Shown here: positions 53,612 through 62,142 of the stretch, one piece after another
Layout: each line of letters starts with the position of its first letter
Position numbering within the stretch: position 1 is the stretch's first letter
From: Dehalococcoidia bacterium
GTDB lineage: Bacteria > Chloroflexota > Dehalococcoidia > Lucifugimonadales > UBA3495
Assembly: GCA_965242615.1 (NCBI GenBank)
Contig: CBDESR010000005.1
Coordinates: 646,854-710,853, forward strand
Direction of reading: 5' to 3'
Length of the DNA stretch: 64,000 nucleotides
The notes under the pieces: generated by a model
Told to the model about the DNA's origin: nothing
What the model saw: only the letters and a program-made list of their open reading frames with translations
Database searches by the model: none
Made by a program: the position numbers and the translations under genes

Positions 53612-53965
53612 ATGCTGGTCGGCTATGCCAGAGTATCCAAGTCGGAGAAGCGCGGCGGGACGGACATTCAAACCCAGGAAATCATCACCAGCGGCGCCGC
53701 CACCGCCGCCATCCTGATTACCATTTTCATCTACTCCCCGGAGGTGGTCAAAGTGTTGGCTGAAACCTTCCTCAACAAACGATTCCAAGCCGGCAAGGAT
53801 GTGGGCGAGGAAATCGGCGAAGTCCGCGGCATCCAAATCGGCGAAGCCCGTACCAAAGCCGAAATCCTGAAGCTCCTCGAGGAACACCCGGAGCTGACTC
53901 TGGAGCAGGTGAAGGAGTACCTGCACAACGGAAGTGACAACGGGCATAACGGCAAGGCCGATTAG
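53612..53965 (+). CDS. Hypothetical small protein (117 aa)
   Basis: ORF. The N-terminus MLVGYARVS mimics the serine-recombinase catalytic motif and is followed by one TM. The C-terminal EILKLLEEHPELTLEQVKEYL is shared with the next ORF. Confidence 0.4.
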   Translation: MLVGYARVSKSEKRGGTDIQTQEIITSGAATAAILITIFIYSPEVVKVLAETFLNKRFQAGKDVGEEIGEVRGIQIGEARTKAEILKLLEEHPELTLEQVKEYLHNGSDNGHNGKAD

Positions 53966-54010
53966 TCGCCCCGGCACCGCGGCCCTTGCCGCCCTCACCT
54001 TACCCCGGAG

Positions 54011-54217
54011 GTGGTCAGAATGGTCTGGACTGCCGAAGCCTATTACAAGAAACGCTATGAAGCCGGACTCAAAGCCGGCTGCGCTAAAGGCCGCGCCAAA
54101 ATCCGGGATGAAGTCGAGAAGTTCTTCGAGGAACACCCGGACGCCACTGCCGCCCAACTTCGGGAATTCCTGATTAACCGCCGCAACTACAACCGGCCCA
54201 AAGCCGCATCCGATTAG
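54011..54217 (+). CDS. Hypothetical small protein (68 aa), paralogous to the C-terminus of 53612-53965
   Basis: EVEKFFEEHPDATAAQLREFL compared with EILKLLEEHPELTLEQVKEYL. Confidence 0.4.
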   Translation: MVRMVWTAEAYYKKRYEAGLKAGCAKGRAKIRDEVEKFFEEHPDATAAQLREFLINRRNYNRPKAASD

Positions 54218-54237
54218 CCGCCCGCCTAGGAAATGCT

Positions 54238-55719
54238 ATGCTCCCCTCAACCGAAATTGACGCCCCGGCCAGCCCGGAAACCGCCCGCCCGCTACCCATC
54301 GTGGCCGTGGTCGGGCAGCCCAACGTGGGCAAATCCTCCCTCTTTAACCGCATCCTCTCCCGCCGCCAGGCCATCGTTTCCAATGTCGCCGGCACCACCC
54401 GCGACCGCCTGATTGCCGAAGCCGCTTGGGACGATTACCGTTTCATCCTGGTGGACACCGGCGGCTTGGAAGCCGACCCGGAAGGCCACATCCGCGCTAT
54501 GGTGCAGGAACAGGCTGATATGGCCATGGGCGAAGCCGATGTCATCATATTCGTTGCGGACGCCGCCGCCGGCCTCACCCCCACCGACTACGAAATCGCC
54601 GACCGCCTCCGCCGCGCCCACAAGCCGGTCATCCTCGCCGTCAACAAAATCGACAACGACGCCCGGGAATCCGCCGCCGCCGAGTTCTATCAGTTGGGAC
54701 TGGCTGAATCGGTGATGATTAGCGCCTACCACAACTATGGCATCTATGACCTGATGGCGCGGGTTACTTTCCACCTGCCGCCCCCGGCATACCATCCGGA
54801 ACTTGACCTTGCCGACGGCGCTGATCCCTTCGTCGATTTGTCCGGCGACCGTATCCCGGATGACGGTATTGACGCCCCGGTTGCCGCGCCGCGCCCGCCG
54901 GCCGCCGCTCTGGAAATGCGCCTCGCCATCGTCGGCCGCACCAATGTGGGCAAGTCAATGCTGCTCAACGCCATCCTCGGCGCGGAGCGGGCCATCGTCA
55001 GCCCGGTTGCCGGCACCACCCGCGACGCCCTCGACACCGCAATGACCTATCGGGAACGCCCCATGACCCTGATTGACACCGCCGGCATCCGCCGCCCCGG
55101 CCAGGTCAAACCCGGCATCGAAAAATACAGCGTCCTCCGCGCCGTCAACGCCGTCAACCGCAGCGACATCGCCCTGCTGGTTACTGACGCATCCGAACTG
55201 GCTACGGCTCAGGACGCCCATATCGCCGGCTTGGCGTGGGAAATGGGCCGGGGCGTCATCGTCGTCGTCAACAAGTGGGATTTGATGCCGGAAAACCGCC
55301 GCTATGCCCGGGAGGAAGCCATCGCCCGGGTGCAGGAACGGCTACACTTTATGCCCTATGTCCCCATCTGCTTTACCTCGGCATTGCAGCGGCAGGGCAT
55401 CGCGGCCGTGCTGAACACCGCTTTGGAGCTGTGGCAGGAACGGATGCGCTGGATCCCGGGGCGCGATTTGCAGTATCTGTTAGCCGAAGCGTTGACCGAC
55501 CACACGCCGCCGCCGGTCAAGGGCAAAGGCATCCGCCGCGGCGAGTTCCTGCGGATTAACCGGGTCAATCAAGTTGGCGTAAATCCGCCCACCTTTCTCT
55601 TTACCGTCAACAACCCCCGGCTGGTACACTTTACCTATCAGCGTTACTTGGAGAACCGCCTGCGCGACAAGTTCCGCTTCGACCATACCCATCTTAAACT
55701 GGTGTTTCGCCGCCGATGA
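54238..55719 (+). CDS. der: Ribosome-biogenesis GTPase Der (EngA)
   Basis: Two GTPase domains (GQPNVGKSSLFN..DTGG and GRTNVGKSMLLN..DTAG) plus a KH-like C-terminus. Confidence 0.95.
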   Translation: MLPSTEIDAPASPETARPLPIVAVVGQPNVGKSSLFNRILSRRQAIVSNVAGTTRDRLIAEAAWDDYRFILVDTGGLEADPEGHIRAMVQEQADMAMGEADVIIFVADAAAGLTPTDYEIADRLRRAHKPVILAVNKIDNDARESAAAEFYQLGLAESVMISAYHNYGIYDLMARVTFHLPPPAYHPELDLADGADPFVDLSGDRIPDDGIDAPVAAPRPPAAALEMRLAIVGRTNVGKSMLLNAILGAERAIVSPVAGTTRDALDTAMTYRERPMTLIDTAGIRRPGQVKPGIEKYSVLRAVNAVNRSDIALLVTDASELATAQDAHIAGLAWEMGRGVIVVVNKWDLMPENRRYAREEAIARVQERLHFMPYVPICFTSALQRQGIAAVLNTALELWQERMRWIPGRDLQYLLAEALTDHTPPPVKGKGIRRGEFLRINRVNQVGVNPPTFLFTVNNPRLVHFTYQRYLENRLRDKFRFDHTHLKLVFRRR

Positions 55720-56504
55720 ACCGGTCCTTGACCTGGCCCGCCCTGGCAACCCTGGCCGCCCTGCCGCTGCTGGTCGGAGTATCCGCCGCTGCCCTGCTCA
55801 CCCTGCGCGCCGGGCCGCCGGCCGCCCAATACGCTATCCTGTTGCCCCTGGCTTATCTGATTGGCGCGCTGCCTTGGGGCTATGTCGCCCTGTACCTGCG
55901 GCGGGGCATTGACATTCGGGAATACGGCAGCGGCCGCACCGGCGTATCCAACGCCCTGCGTACCGCCGGTTTCCGCATCGCCGGCTTGGTGCTGCTGCTC
56001 GATTTAGCCAAAGGCATTGCCGCCGTGCTGCTGGCCCGCGCCCTGGTCGGCGACGCCCTGGCCGAAGTAACCGCCGGCCTGCTGGCCTTGGCCGGGCATA
56101 ACTGGCCGGTATTCCTGGGCTTTCGCGGCGGCCGCGGCATTGCCCCCGGCTTGGGCGGTCTGGCGGTAATGTCTCCCTTGGCAGCCGCAGTTGGCGTACT
56201 GGTATTCATCCCCACCTGCCTCATCAGCCGCTACCTCTCCCTGGGGTCAATCCTGGGCGTAGTGGCCGCCGGGGCCGCCCTGGCCCTACTGGCGCTGCTG
56301 CAAGGACTAACCCCCAACGGCTACCTGCTTTACGGCAGTCTGTTGGGCTTGGGCTACAACGCTTTCGGGATAACCCCCCTGCCCTATCTGGTGTACGGGC
56401 TGCTCGGCGGCGCGGTAATCATCTGGCAGCACCGGGACAACATCCAGCGGATTGTGCAAGGAACGGAGCGGCGCATCGGCCAGCGGGCGGCGGGGGTGGA
56501 ATAG
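55716..56504 (+). CDS. plsY: Glycerol-3-phosphate acyltransferase PlsY
   Basis: GSGRTGVSNALR, LLLDLAKG, GHNWPVFLGFRGGRGIA. The start overlaps the der stop. Confidence 0.85.
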   Translation: MNRSLTWPALATLAALPLLVGVSAAALLTLRAGPPAAQYAILLPLAYLIGALPWGYVALYLRRGIDIREYGSGRTGVSNALRTAGFRIAGLVLLLDLAKGIAAVLLARALVGDALAEVTAGLLALAGHNWPVFLGFRGGRGIAPGLGGLAVMSPLAAAVGVLVFIPTCLISRYLSLGSILGVVAAGAALALLALLQGLTPNGYLLYGSLLGLGYNAFGITPLPYLVYGLLGGAVIIWQHRDNIQRIVQGTERRIGQRAAGVE

Positions 56505-56597
56505 GGGGGATGGGCAACCGGCAAAGGTGCCGTCCAACCCCGAAGTAAGTTAAAAATCATCAACCTACCAATGCCATGCCGCGGTGCAGTCCCATAT

Positions 56598-56684
56598 GTC
56601 ATTCCGACCAAAGGGAGGAATCTAAAATGCCCGCCCTTGACTCCTCTCAAGACTTTTAGATTCCTCGCTATCGCTCGGAATGAC
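56598..56684. repeat. 87-bp nested-palindrome member of the GTCATTCC repeat family
   Basis: Outer arms GTCATTCCGA / TCGGAATGAC and inner arms GAGGAATCTAAAA / TTTTAGATTCCTC. Positions 56595-56636 are identical to 58637-58678. Confidence 0.85.
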
Positions 56685-56786
56685 ATAGCTGACAGTACGC
56701 CCGGATACACGATTGCCTTAACTATGACCGTACGCCGTTGACTTGAACCGGTCAATGATGGTATAGAAAGGGGCAAGGAGTGGTTT

Positions 56787-57005
56787 ATGCTGATTCAACA
56801 TATCTCGTCTGACGCTACGGATGGGCCGGTCTGCTACTATTGCAACCGGGAGCTTGAACCACAGTACGATTACTCTTGTCCATCCTGCGGGCGGGAGAGT
56901 TGCGATTATTGCCGTCAGGCGTGTCAAGCCGATGACTGCGATGACATTACCTGCTACCGGTGCGTAGAGCGGCACATTGCTACCCACCCTTTGGTAGCGA
57001 GGTGA
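56787..57005 (+). CDS. Hypothetical Cys-rich zinc-ribbon protein (72 aa)
   Basis: CYYC..CPSC..CDYC..C....C....CYRC..H. GGAG lies upstream. Confidence 0.5.
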   Translation: MLIQHISSDATDGPVCYYCNRELEPQYDYSCPSCGRESCDYCRQACQADDCDDITCYRCVERHIATHPLVAR

Positions 57006-57008
57006 AAT

Positions 57009-57500
57009 ATGAATCCCGACACCAACCCGCAAGACTTGGCCCGGGACGGACTGCGGCAGATTGAGGATTCCATCCTGCGCTTGCTGGACGGCAATCCCCA
57101 AGGCTTGCGGAATGTCGATATTGCCCGGGGGCTTGCCTTGCGCTCCGATTTCCCGGGGCGGCAGCGGGACTTCCTGACCTACTCAGTGCTGGGCGGCTTG
57201 CTGTCCCAAGGAAAAGTCCTTTGGGATTCGGAAAGCAAGTTGTTCACTCTCCGCTATCCCTATTCCACTGCGGAGGATCTGGCCCAAGCCGGGTTGGCCC
57301 AAATCGAAAACGCTATCCTGCAACTCCTTGACGCCAATCCCGGCGGGCTGAGAAATGTAGAGATAGCCGATGCCCTTGACTTGCGTTCCGATTTTCAAGG
57401 GCGTCAGCGAAACTACTTGACCTATTCCATTTTGGGCGGTTTGGTGGGTCAGGATCGCGTCAATTGGGATGCGGAAACCAGCCTTTTCACCAAAGCCTGA
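57009..57500 (+). CDS. Hypothetical protein with two tandem winged-helix-like repeats (163 aa)
   Basis: Internal duplication: DLARDGLRQIEDSILRLLDGNPQGLRNVDIARGLALRSDFPGRQRDFLTYSVLGGLLSQGKVLWD versus DLAQAGLAQIENAILQLLDANPGGLRNVEIADALDLRSDFQGRQRNYLTYSILGGLVGQDRVNWD. Confidence 0.55.
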   Translation: MNPDTNPQDLARDGLRQIEDSILRLLDGNPQGLRNVDIARGLALRSDFPGRQRDFLTYSVLGGLLSQGKVLWDSESKLFTLRYPYSTAEDLAQAGLAQIENAILQLLDANPGGLRNVEIADALDLRSDFQGRQRNYLTYSILGGLVGQDRVNWDAETSLFTKA

Positions 57501-57542
57501 TTTTGGACTGGCAACGCTTGCCCGGCAAGCCCCATAGCAAAC

Positions 57543-58568
57543 TTGGCAAAGGTGCAAAACCCGTTGAACCCCACCACCGCCATAATCGGCGCCACCACTT
57601 GGGGGACTACCCTGGGGATTATTCTGGCGCGCCGCCGCATCCCGGTGACCCTCCTGGCTCGCACCGCCGCCGAGGCCGGGCAGTTGAATCGCGACCGGGA
57701 AAACCGCCGTTTTCTCCCCGATTTGCCCTTTCCCCCCAATCTGACCGTGTCCGCCGACCCGGCCACTGCCATCCCCTTGGCTGGCTTGGTCATCCTGGCC
57801 GTGCCTTCCGACCACTTCCGCCGCAACTTGCAGCAGATTGCCGCCCATCTTTCCCCGGACGCCGTTATCCTCAGCGCCGCCAAGGGTTTGGAATTGCCCG
57901 GCGGTCAACGGATGAGCCAAATCCTGACCGAGGAACTGCCGCCATCCCGCCACAATGCCCTCTGCGTTCTGTCCGGCCCCAACCTGGCCCGGGAAATCGC
58001 CGCCGAAAAGCCGGCGGCCACCGTAGTAGCCGGCATGGACGCCGCCGCTACCGCCTATGTCCAGGAACTGCTGCTTTCCCCCTCTTTTCGGGTCTATACC
58101 AGCGACGATGTGGTTGGCGTCGAGTTGGGCGGGACGCTGAAAAACATCATTGCCTTGGGCGCGGGCATTGCCGACGGGCTGGAGTTGGGCGCCAACAGCA
58201 AATCCACCTTTATCAGCCGGGGCTTGGCCGAAATGACCCGCCTCGGCGTCGCCGCTGGAGCCAGTCCCGCCACCTTTGCCGGCTTGGCCGGATTGGGCGA
58301 TTTAGTGGCAACCTGCTACAGCCCCTTGAGCCGCAATCGCTATGTGGGCGAGCAGTTGGGCCGCGGCCGCAGTTGGCTCGAAATCCGCGACAGTATGCAG
58401 AATGTGGTTGAGGGGGTGAACGCCACCAACGCCGCCCTGCGCCTGGCCGCCGCCCTCAATGTAGAAATGCCCATCGCCCAAGCCACCTACCGGGTGCTGT
58501 TCGAGAAACTGCCGCCCCAAGAAGCCGTGGCCCAACTGATGGCACGCCCGGCCAATACCGAATGGTAG
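57543..58568 (+). CDS. gpsA: NAD(P)H-dependent glycerol-3-phosphate dehydrogenase
   Basis: IIGATTWGTTL, typical LSGPN.A.E and GT.KNIIALGAGI blocks. The start codon is uncertain (TTG 57543, GTG 57552 or TTG 57564). Confidence 0.9.
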   Translation: MAKVQNPLNPTTAIIGATTWGTTLGIILARRRIPVTLLARTAAEAGQLNRDRENRRFLPDLPFPPNLTVSADPATAIPLAGLVILAVPSDHFRRNLQQIAAHLSPDAVILSAAKGLELPGGQRMSQILTEELPPSRHNALCVLSGPNLAREIAAEKPAATVVAGMDAAATAYVQELLLSPSFRVYTSDDVVGVELGGTLKNIIALGAGIADGLELGANSKSTFISRGLAEMTRLGVAAGASPATFAGLAGLGDLVATCYSPLSRNRYVGEQLGRGRSWLEIRDSMQNVVEGVNATNAALRLAAALNVEMPIAQATYRVLFEKLPPQEAVAQLMARPANTEW

Positions 58569-58614
58569 GCGGCCGTCCGGAAAGTCTATCAAATCCCATC
58601 CACCCTCCCACTAT

Positions 58615-58875
58615 GTCATTCCGACCGCAGCCCCCCCATGTCATTCCGACCAAAGGGAGGAATCTAAAATGCCCGCCCTACAACCTCCTTACAAAACGAC
58701 CAGCCATCCCCAAATCCAAAAGTTTTGAGGGGGTGCGGGGGAACTTTTACAAAAGTTCCCCCGCCGTCTCCCCACCCTCCAGCAACCGTCATCCCCTCCC
58801 CCATCATTCCCCCATCTACTACCGTCATTCCCATCCCTCCCCCGTCCTTCCCACGAAAGTGGGAATCCAAAACCC
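58615..58875. repeat. Cluster of partial or degenerate GTCATTCC-family repeats
   Basis: GTCATTCCGAC appears twice (58615, 58640). The half-element at 58637-58678 is identical to 56595-56636. Degenerate units CGTCATCCC, CATCATTCCC, CGTCATTCCC and CACGAAAGTGGGAATCC lie at 58793-58870. Confidence 0.75.
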
Positions 58876-58952
58876 CCCAATTCCATAAACTCATCCGAAA
58901 ATTAGTCCCATTTATCCCTTGACAAACATCCAAACCCTCCCCATAATAAAAA

Positions 58953-58981
58953 GCGTCCAGGTTAACCTGACCCCGGGACGC
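58953..58981 (-). terminator. Intrinsic terminator oriented for the minus strand
   Basis: Minus strand reads GCGTCCCGGGGTCAGGTTAACCTGGACGC followed by TTTTTATTAT. No minus-strand CDS lies upstream for about 4.8 kb. Confidence 0.55.
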
Positions 58982-59689
58982 CGGGTTCTTTACGCTAAGC
59001 TTACCGTGAAACTACTAGCTCGCAGCGCGCTGTGCGGCCCCAACCGCCGGCCTTGAACCGGCTTCCGGGCCCCGGCTCCCCACCGGGCCAAGCAGGTTGC
59101 CCGCCGCGGCCGTAACGGCCCCGGGCCGCCCGCCGAACCCAATCCGGGGGCAGCAACCGCCAACGGCTCCCCGCTAGCGGCGGCCAATCCCCCCAGGAGT
59201 TGGAGCTACCTTAGGTTGACCGGAGGATGGTCAATCGACTGCATTGGAACTGGGGCTCCGTCGGCATGACGAATCGCCAAGTATGCCAACCGGCGTTGCG
59301 GCGGCCCACCTGAAGGTTCTATGCTGCAATGCTGATTAAGTCGGGAAACTCCGGGCGGATTCAAGCCAGGATAACCCCCGGAGCAGGCAACCCGGATGGC
59401 TTGGTCAGCGCAATCCTCCGCGACGGGCGGAACTCAGGGCCTTGGGTTCCGCCACCCGCGACAAACCCCAAAACTAACCGCCGGAGCGGCCCAGGAGGCG
59501 CCGCCCCGGCTATTCCCCGTACTCGAACCCGTCTTAACCGCCAGCCGCCGCCACTCCCGCTCCAACAGGAATCCGAAACCGCCAATTGGTATTCTCAGCA
59601 AAGGGGCGGGATTCCCTGGGGCTGGTCTGCCGGCGGCTGGTGTTGTTTTAATGCCAACAAATGCTGAGAATACCGGCAACGCGGGCGGT
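58982..59689 (-). ncRNA. Candidate large structured non-coding RNA (up to about 0.7 kb) of unknown class
   Basis: About 780 bp have no convincing ORF in an otherwise compact region. GC-rich with many local hairpins (GGTATTCTCAGC..GCTGAGAATACC, GGCGGAAC..GTTCCGCC). Ends at the minus-strand terminator. The 5' end and promoter are not identified. Confidence 0.25.
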
Positions 59690-59718
59690 TTGACATTTGG
59701 GTTGGGGTGAAGTATTAT
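59690..59718 (+). promoter_or_regulatory. Near-consensus sigma70 promoter for the sppA-like operon
   Basis: TTGACA (59690-59695), 17-nt spacer, TATTAT (59713-59718). Confidence 0.55.
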
Positions 59719-59762
59719 GCTGGCAGTAACGCCGAGGGCATATTCCGGCAGAGGCGGGTTAT

Positions 59763-60860
59763 ATGATGGGGAAACTGGCGGCTTTGGGGCGCTTTCTTAC
59801 CGGCTGGTATGTAGTGGCGCCGTTGCTGATGGCGCTGGGGCTGGCGGTTGGGGGGTATCTCTTTTTTCAGGTGGCTCCGGGCAAGCCGAAAATCGGGGTG
59901 ATTGACATTCCCTTTACCGGCATCGGGGAGGATGCGGCGTCCATTATTACCGCTTATCTGGATTATGCCCGGCGGGAGCCGGAGATTAAGGGGGTGGTGG
60001 TAAAGCTTTCTACGCCGGGCGGGGGGGCATCGCCGAGCGAGCAGCTTTATATCGAGGCGCGGCGGCTGCGGGCGGAGAAGCCGGTGGTGATGGTGATGAA
60101 CGGGTTGGTAGCCAGCGGCGGGTATATGATGGCTATGGGGGTCAACCATACCTATGTCAAGACTTCGTCGGTAGTGGGCAATGTGGGGGTAGTAGCTCCG
60201 GCGGGGAGCATTCTGCCGCCGCGGTTCCCGGAGACGGTGATAACTACCGGGCCGCAGAAGCTGACCGGGGCGTCGCGGCGGGATTGGATGGCGACGATGG
60301 ACGGGCTGAAGGAAGCCTTCGTGGAAATGGTGGTGCAGGAACGGGGGGCGAAGCTGAAAATATCCCGGGAGGAATTGGCGGCCGGTCGGGTTTATTCGGG
60401 GATGGAAGCGGTGCGGTTGGGGTTGGCGGATGAAATCGGGAGCGACAGCGATGCCCTGGAGAAGGCGGCGGAACTGGCGGGGATTGGGGATTACGAAATC
60501 GTGGATGTGAATGTGGAAGTGAACCGGCGGTTTGTGCAGAACCTGCGCCGCATTTATTCGGCCAGTGGGGATGTGGATACGCCGTTGACGGCGGCAGACG
60601 CCCAATTGATGGGGCTACTGGCGAACCGGCAAACAATGGCGGCCGCCGGGGCAGTGGATCCGGCGGCGTTGCCCGATACGCCGCAAGCCGGCTGGGCGGA
60701 GTCGTTGGAATCGGCCGGGGGCGCGGCGGATTTGGCGGCGGTGGAGCGGCCGTTGGAGTATGGGGTATTCGGGGCGTCATTGCGGGAGACTTTCCCGGAC
60801 TTTCCCCTCGAAATCAATCAACCGGAGTTTTATTATCTTTATGTCGGCGCCGCTCCGTAG
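59763..60860 (+). CDS. S49-family peptidase (SppA-like) with N-terminal TM
   Basis: IKGVVVKLSTPGGGASPSE.., KPVVMVMNGLVASGGYMMA.., SSVVGNVGV. Confidence 0.75.
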   Translation: MMGKLAALGRFLTGWYVVAPLLMALGLAVGGYLFFQVAPGKPKIGVIDIPFTGIGEDAASIITAYLDYARREPEIKGVVVKLSTPGGGASPSEQLYIEARRLRAEKPVVMVMNGLVASGGYMMAMGVNHTYVKTSSVVGNVGVVAPAGSILPPRFPETVITTGPQKLTGASRRDWMATMDGLKEAFVEMVVQERGAKLKISREELAAGRVYSGMEAVRLGLADEIGSDSDALEKAAELAGIGDYEIVDVNVEVNRRFVQNLRRIYSASGDVDTPLTAADAQLMGLLANRQTMAAAGAVDPAALPDTPQAGWAESLESAGGAADLAAVERPLEYGVFGASLRETFPDFPLEINQPEFYYLYVGAAP

Positions 60861-62142
60861 AACTTTAATCCTGCTGCTGTTTCCGGTTTGCGCCGTGGCC
60901 TTTTTCGGGGCGGCGTACCTTTTCTTTTACTCCGGGGGGAGTTACAGTCCGCCGGCGGCGCCGGATATTGCCTTTACGGAGGCCGTTTCCCAGCCGGCGG
61001 ATACGGCGGTCTTTGCGGACGAGCCGGTTTTTGCGGCGGCGGCTGTGGGCGCGCGGGGGACGCTGCTGGTCGATCTGGCGCATCGCAACGCCTTTTTTCA
61101 AGAGGAGTTGGCGGCCTTGCTAACGCGGGTAGCCGGCCGGGGTTACGGGGTAGAGTTTTTGGAGGAAGGGGAGGAACTGGAGGATGAACTGCGGGCGGCG
61201 GCGGCGTTGCTGGTCATCCTGCCGCGGGAGGCTTACAGCGGGAAAGAGGCGGCTTTGGCTGCGGATTTTGCGGCCCGGGGCGGGCGGGTGTTGCTGATTG
61301 CGGACCCGGGGCGGCCGCATCAGATAAACAGCCTGGCGGAACCTCTGGGGGTGTCCTTCCGTCCCGATTACCTGTATAACCAGACGGAGTATGACACTAA
61401 TTATCAGGAAATCTTTGTGCGGGATTTCCAAGCGGATGCGGTTACTTCCGGAGTGCAGGAAATAGCCCTTTACTATTCCGGTTCCATTGAATCGGCCGGG
61501 CCGGGACTGGCATTCACCGACGGCAACACTTATTCCAGCCTGGGGGAGCCGCTGACGGCGCGGTCGCCCCTTGCGGTGGGGGCGAACCCCAATGTGCTGG
61601 CGGCCCATGACCTGACTTTTATGATTCCCCCCTATAACGGGGTGCGGGATAATGACCGCCTACTGGCGAACATTGCGGATTTTCTGACTGGGGGGCAGGT
61701 GGAATACCGGCTTACGGACTATCCGCACTTTTTGCAAGGGGATGTGGACTTGCTGCTGGGGCGGCCGGAGTTGGTGGACTTGGGGTCGCGGCTGAAAGCG
61801 CGGCTGGCCGCCGGAGGCAGCCGGGCGGCGGTACAGCGGCTAGACAATGGCGGGCGGGATACGGTGTTTCTGGGGCTGTACGATGATGCAACAGCGGTGG
61901 CCCGCTACCTGGATGCTTTGGGCATTTATGTGGAGGAAAGCGGCATCAACGCGCCCTTTGCGCCGGGCTTGGCCCGGGAAGGGACGGGACTGCTGGCGTT
62001 GTACCGGGCGGGAGAGCGGGAAGTATTGATAGTTCTGGCGGATACGCCGGAAGGGTTGCAAGAAATTGTCGGTCAACTGGAATCGGGGGATTTTCGCCGG
62101 GGCCTAGTGGCTGATTATGCAGGGGTGTATAAAACCGAATGA
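60841..62142 (+). CDS. Hypothetical membrane-anchored protein (DUF4350-like impression)
   Basis: ATG 60841 overlaps the sppA-like gene end. N-terminal TM. LLVDLAHRNAF...LLVILPREAYSGKEAALAADFAARGGRVLLIADPG. Confidence 0.5.
   Translation: MSAPLRRTLILLLFPVCAVAFFGAAYLFFYSGGSYSPPAAPDIAFTEAVSQPADTAVFADEPVFAAAAVGARGTLLVDLAHRNAFFQEELAALLTRVAGRGYGVEFLEEGEELEDELRAAAALLVILPREAYSGKEAALAADFAARGGRVLLIADPGRPHQINSLAEPLGVSFRPDYLYNQTEYDTNYQEIFVRDFQADAVTSGVQEIALYYSGSIESAGPGLAFTDGNTYSSLGEPLTARSPLAVGANPNVLAAHDLTFMIPPYNGVRDNDRLLANIADFLTGGQVEYRLTDYPHFLQGDVDLLLGRPELVDLGSRLKARLAAGGSRAAVQRLDNGGRDTVFLGLYDDATAVARYLDALGIYVEESGINAPFAPGLAREGTGLLALYRAGEREVLIVLADTPEGLQEIVGQLESGDFRRGLVADYAGVYKTE

Noticed and set aside
53612-53680. 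Serine recombinase/resolvase gene, from the MLVGYARVS start
   Set aside because: Similarity is limited to about 9 residues. The rest of the 117-aa ORF (a TM segment and an acidic helical tail) has no resolvase or HTH features. At most it is a relic.
59161-59200. CCTAAGGTAGC (a universally conserved 23S rRNA motif) on the minus strand, hinting at an rRNA fragment
   Set aside because: It is an isolated 11-mer and the flanking sequence bears no resemblance to 23S rRNA. Probably chance.
59500-59540. tRNA- or tmRNA-like T-arm (GACGGGTTCGAGTACGG on the minus strand)
   Set aside because: There is no complementary 3' half to close a T-stem, no acceptor stem and no CCA.
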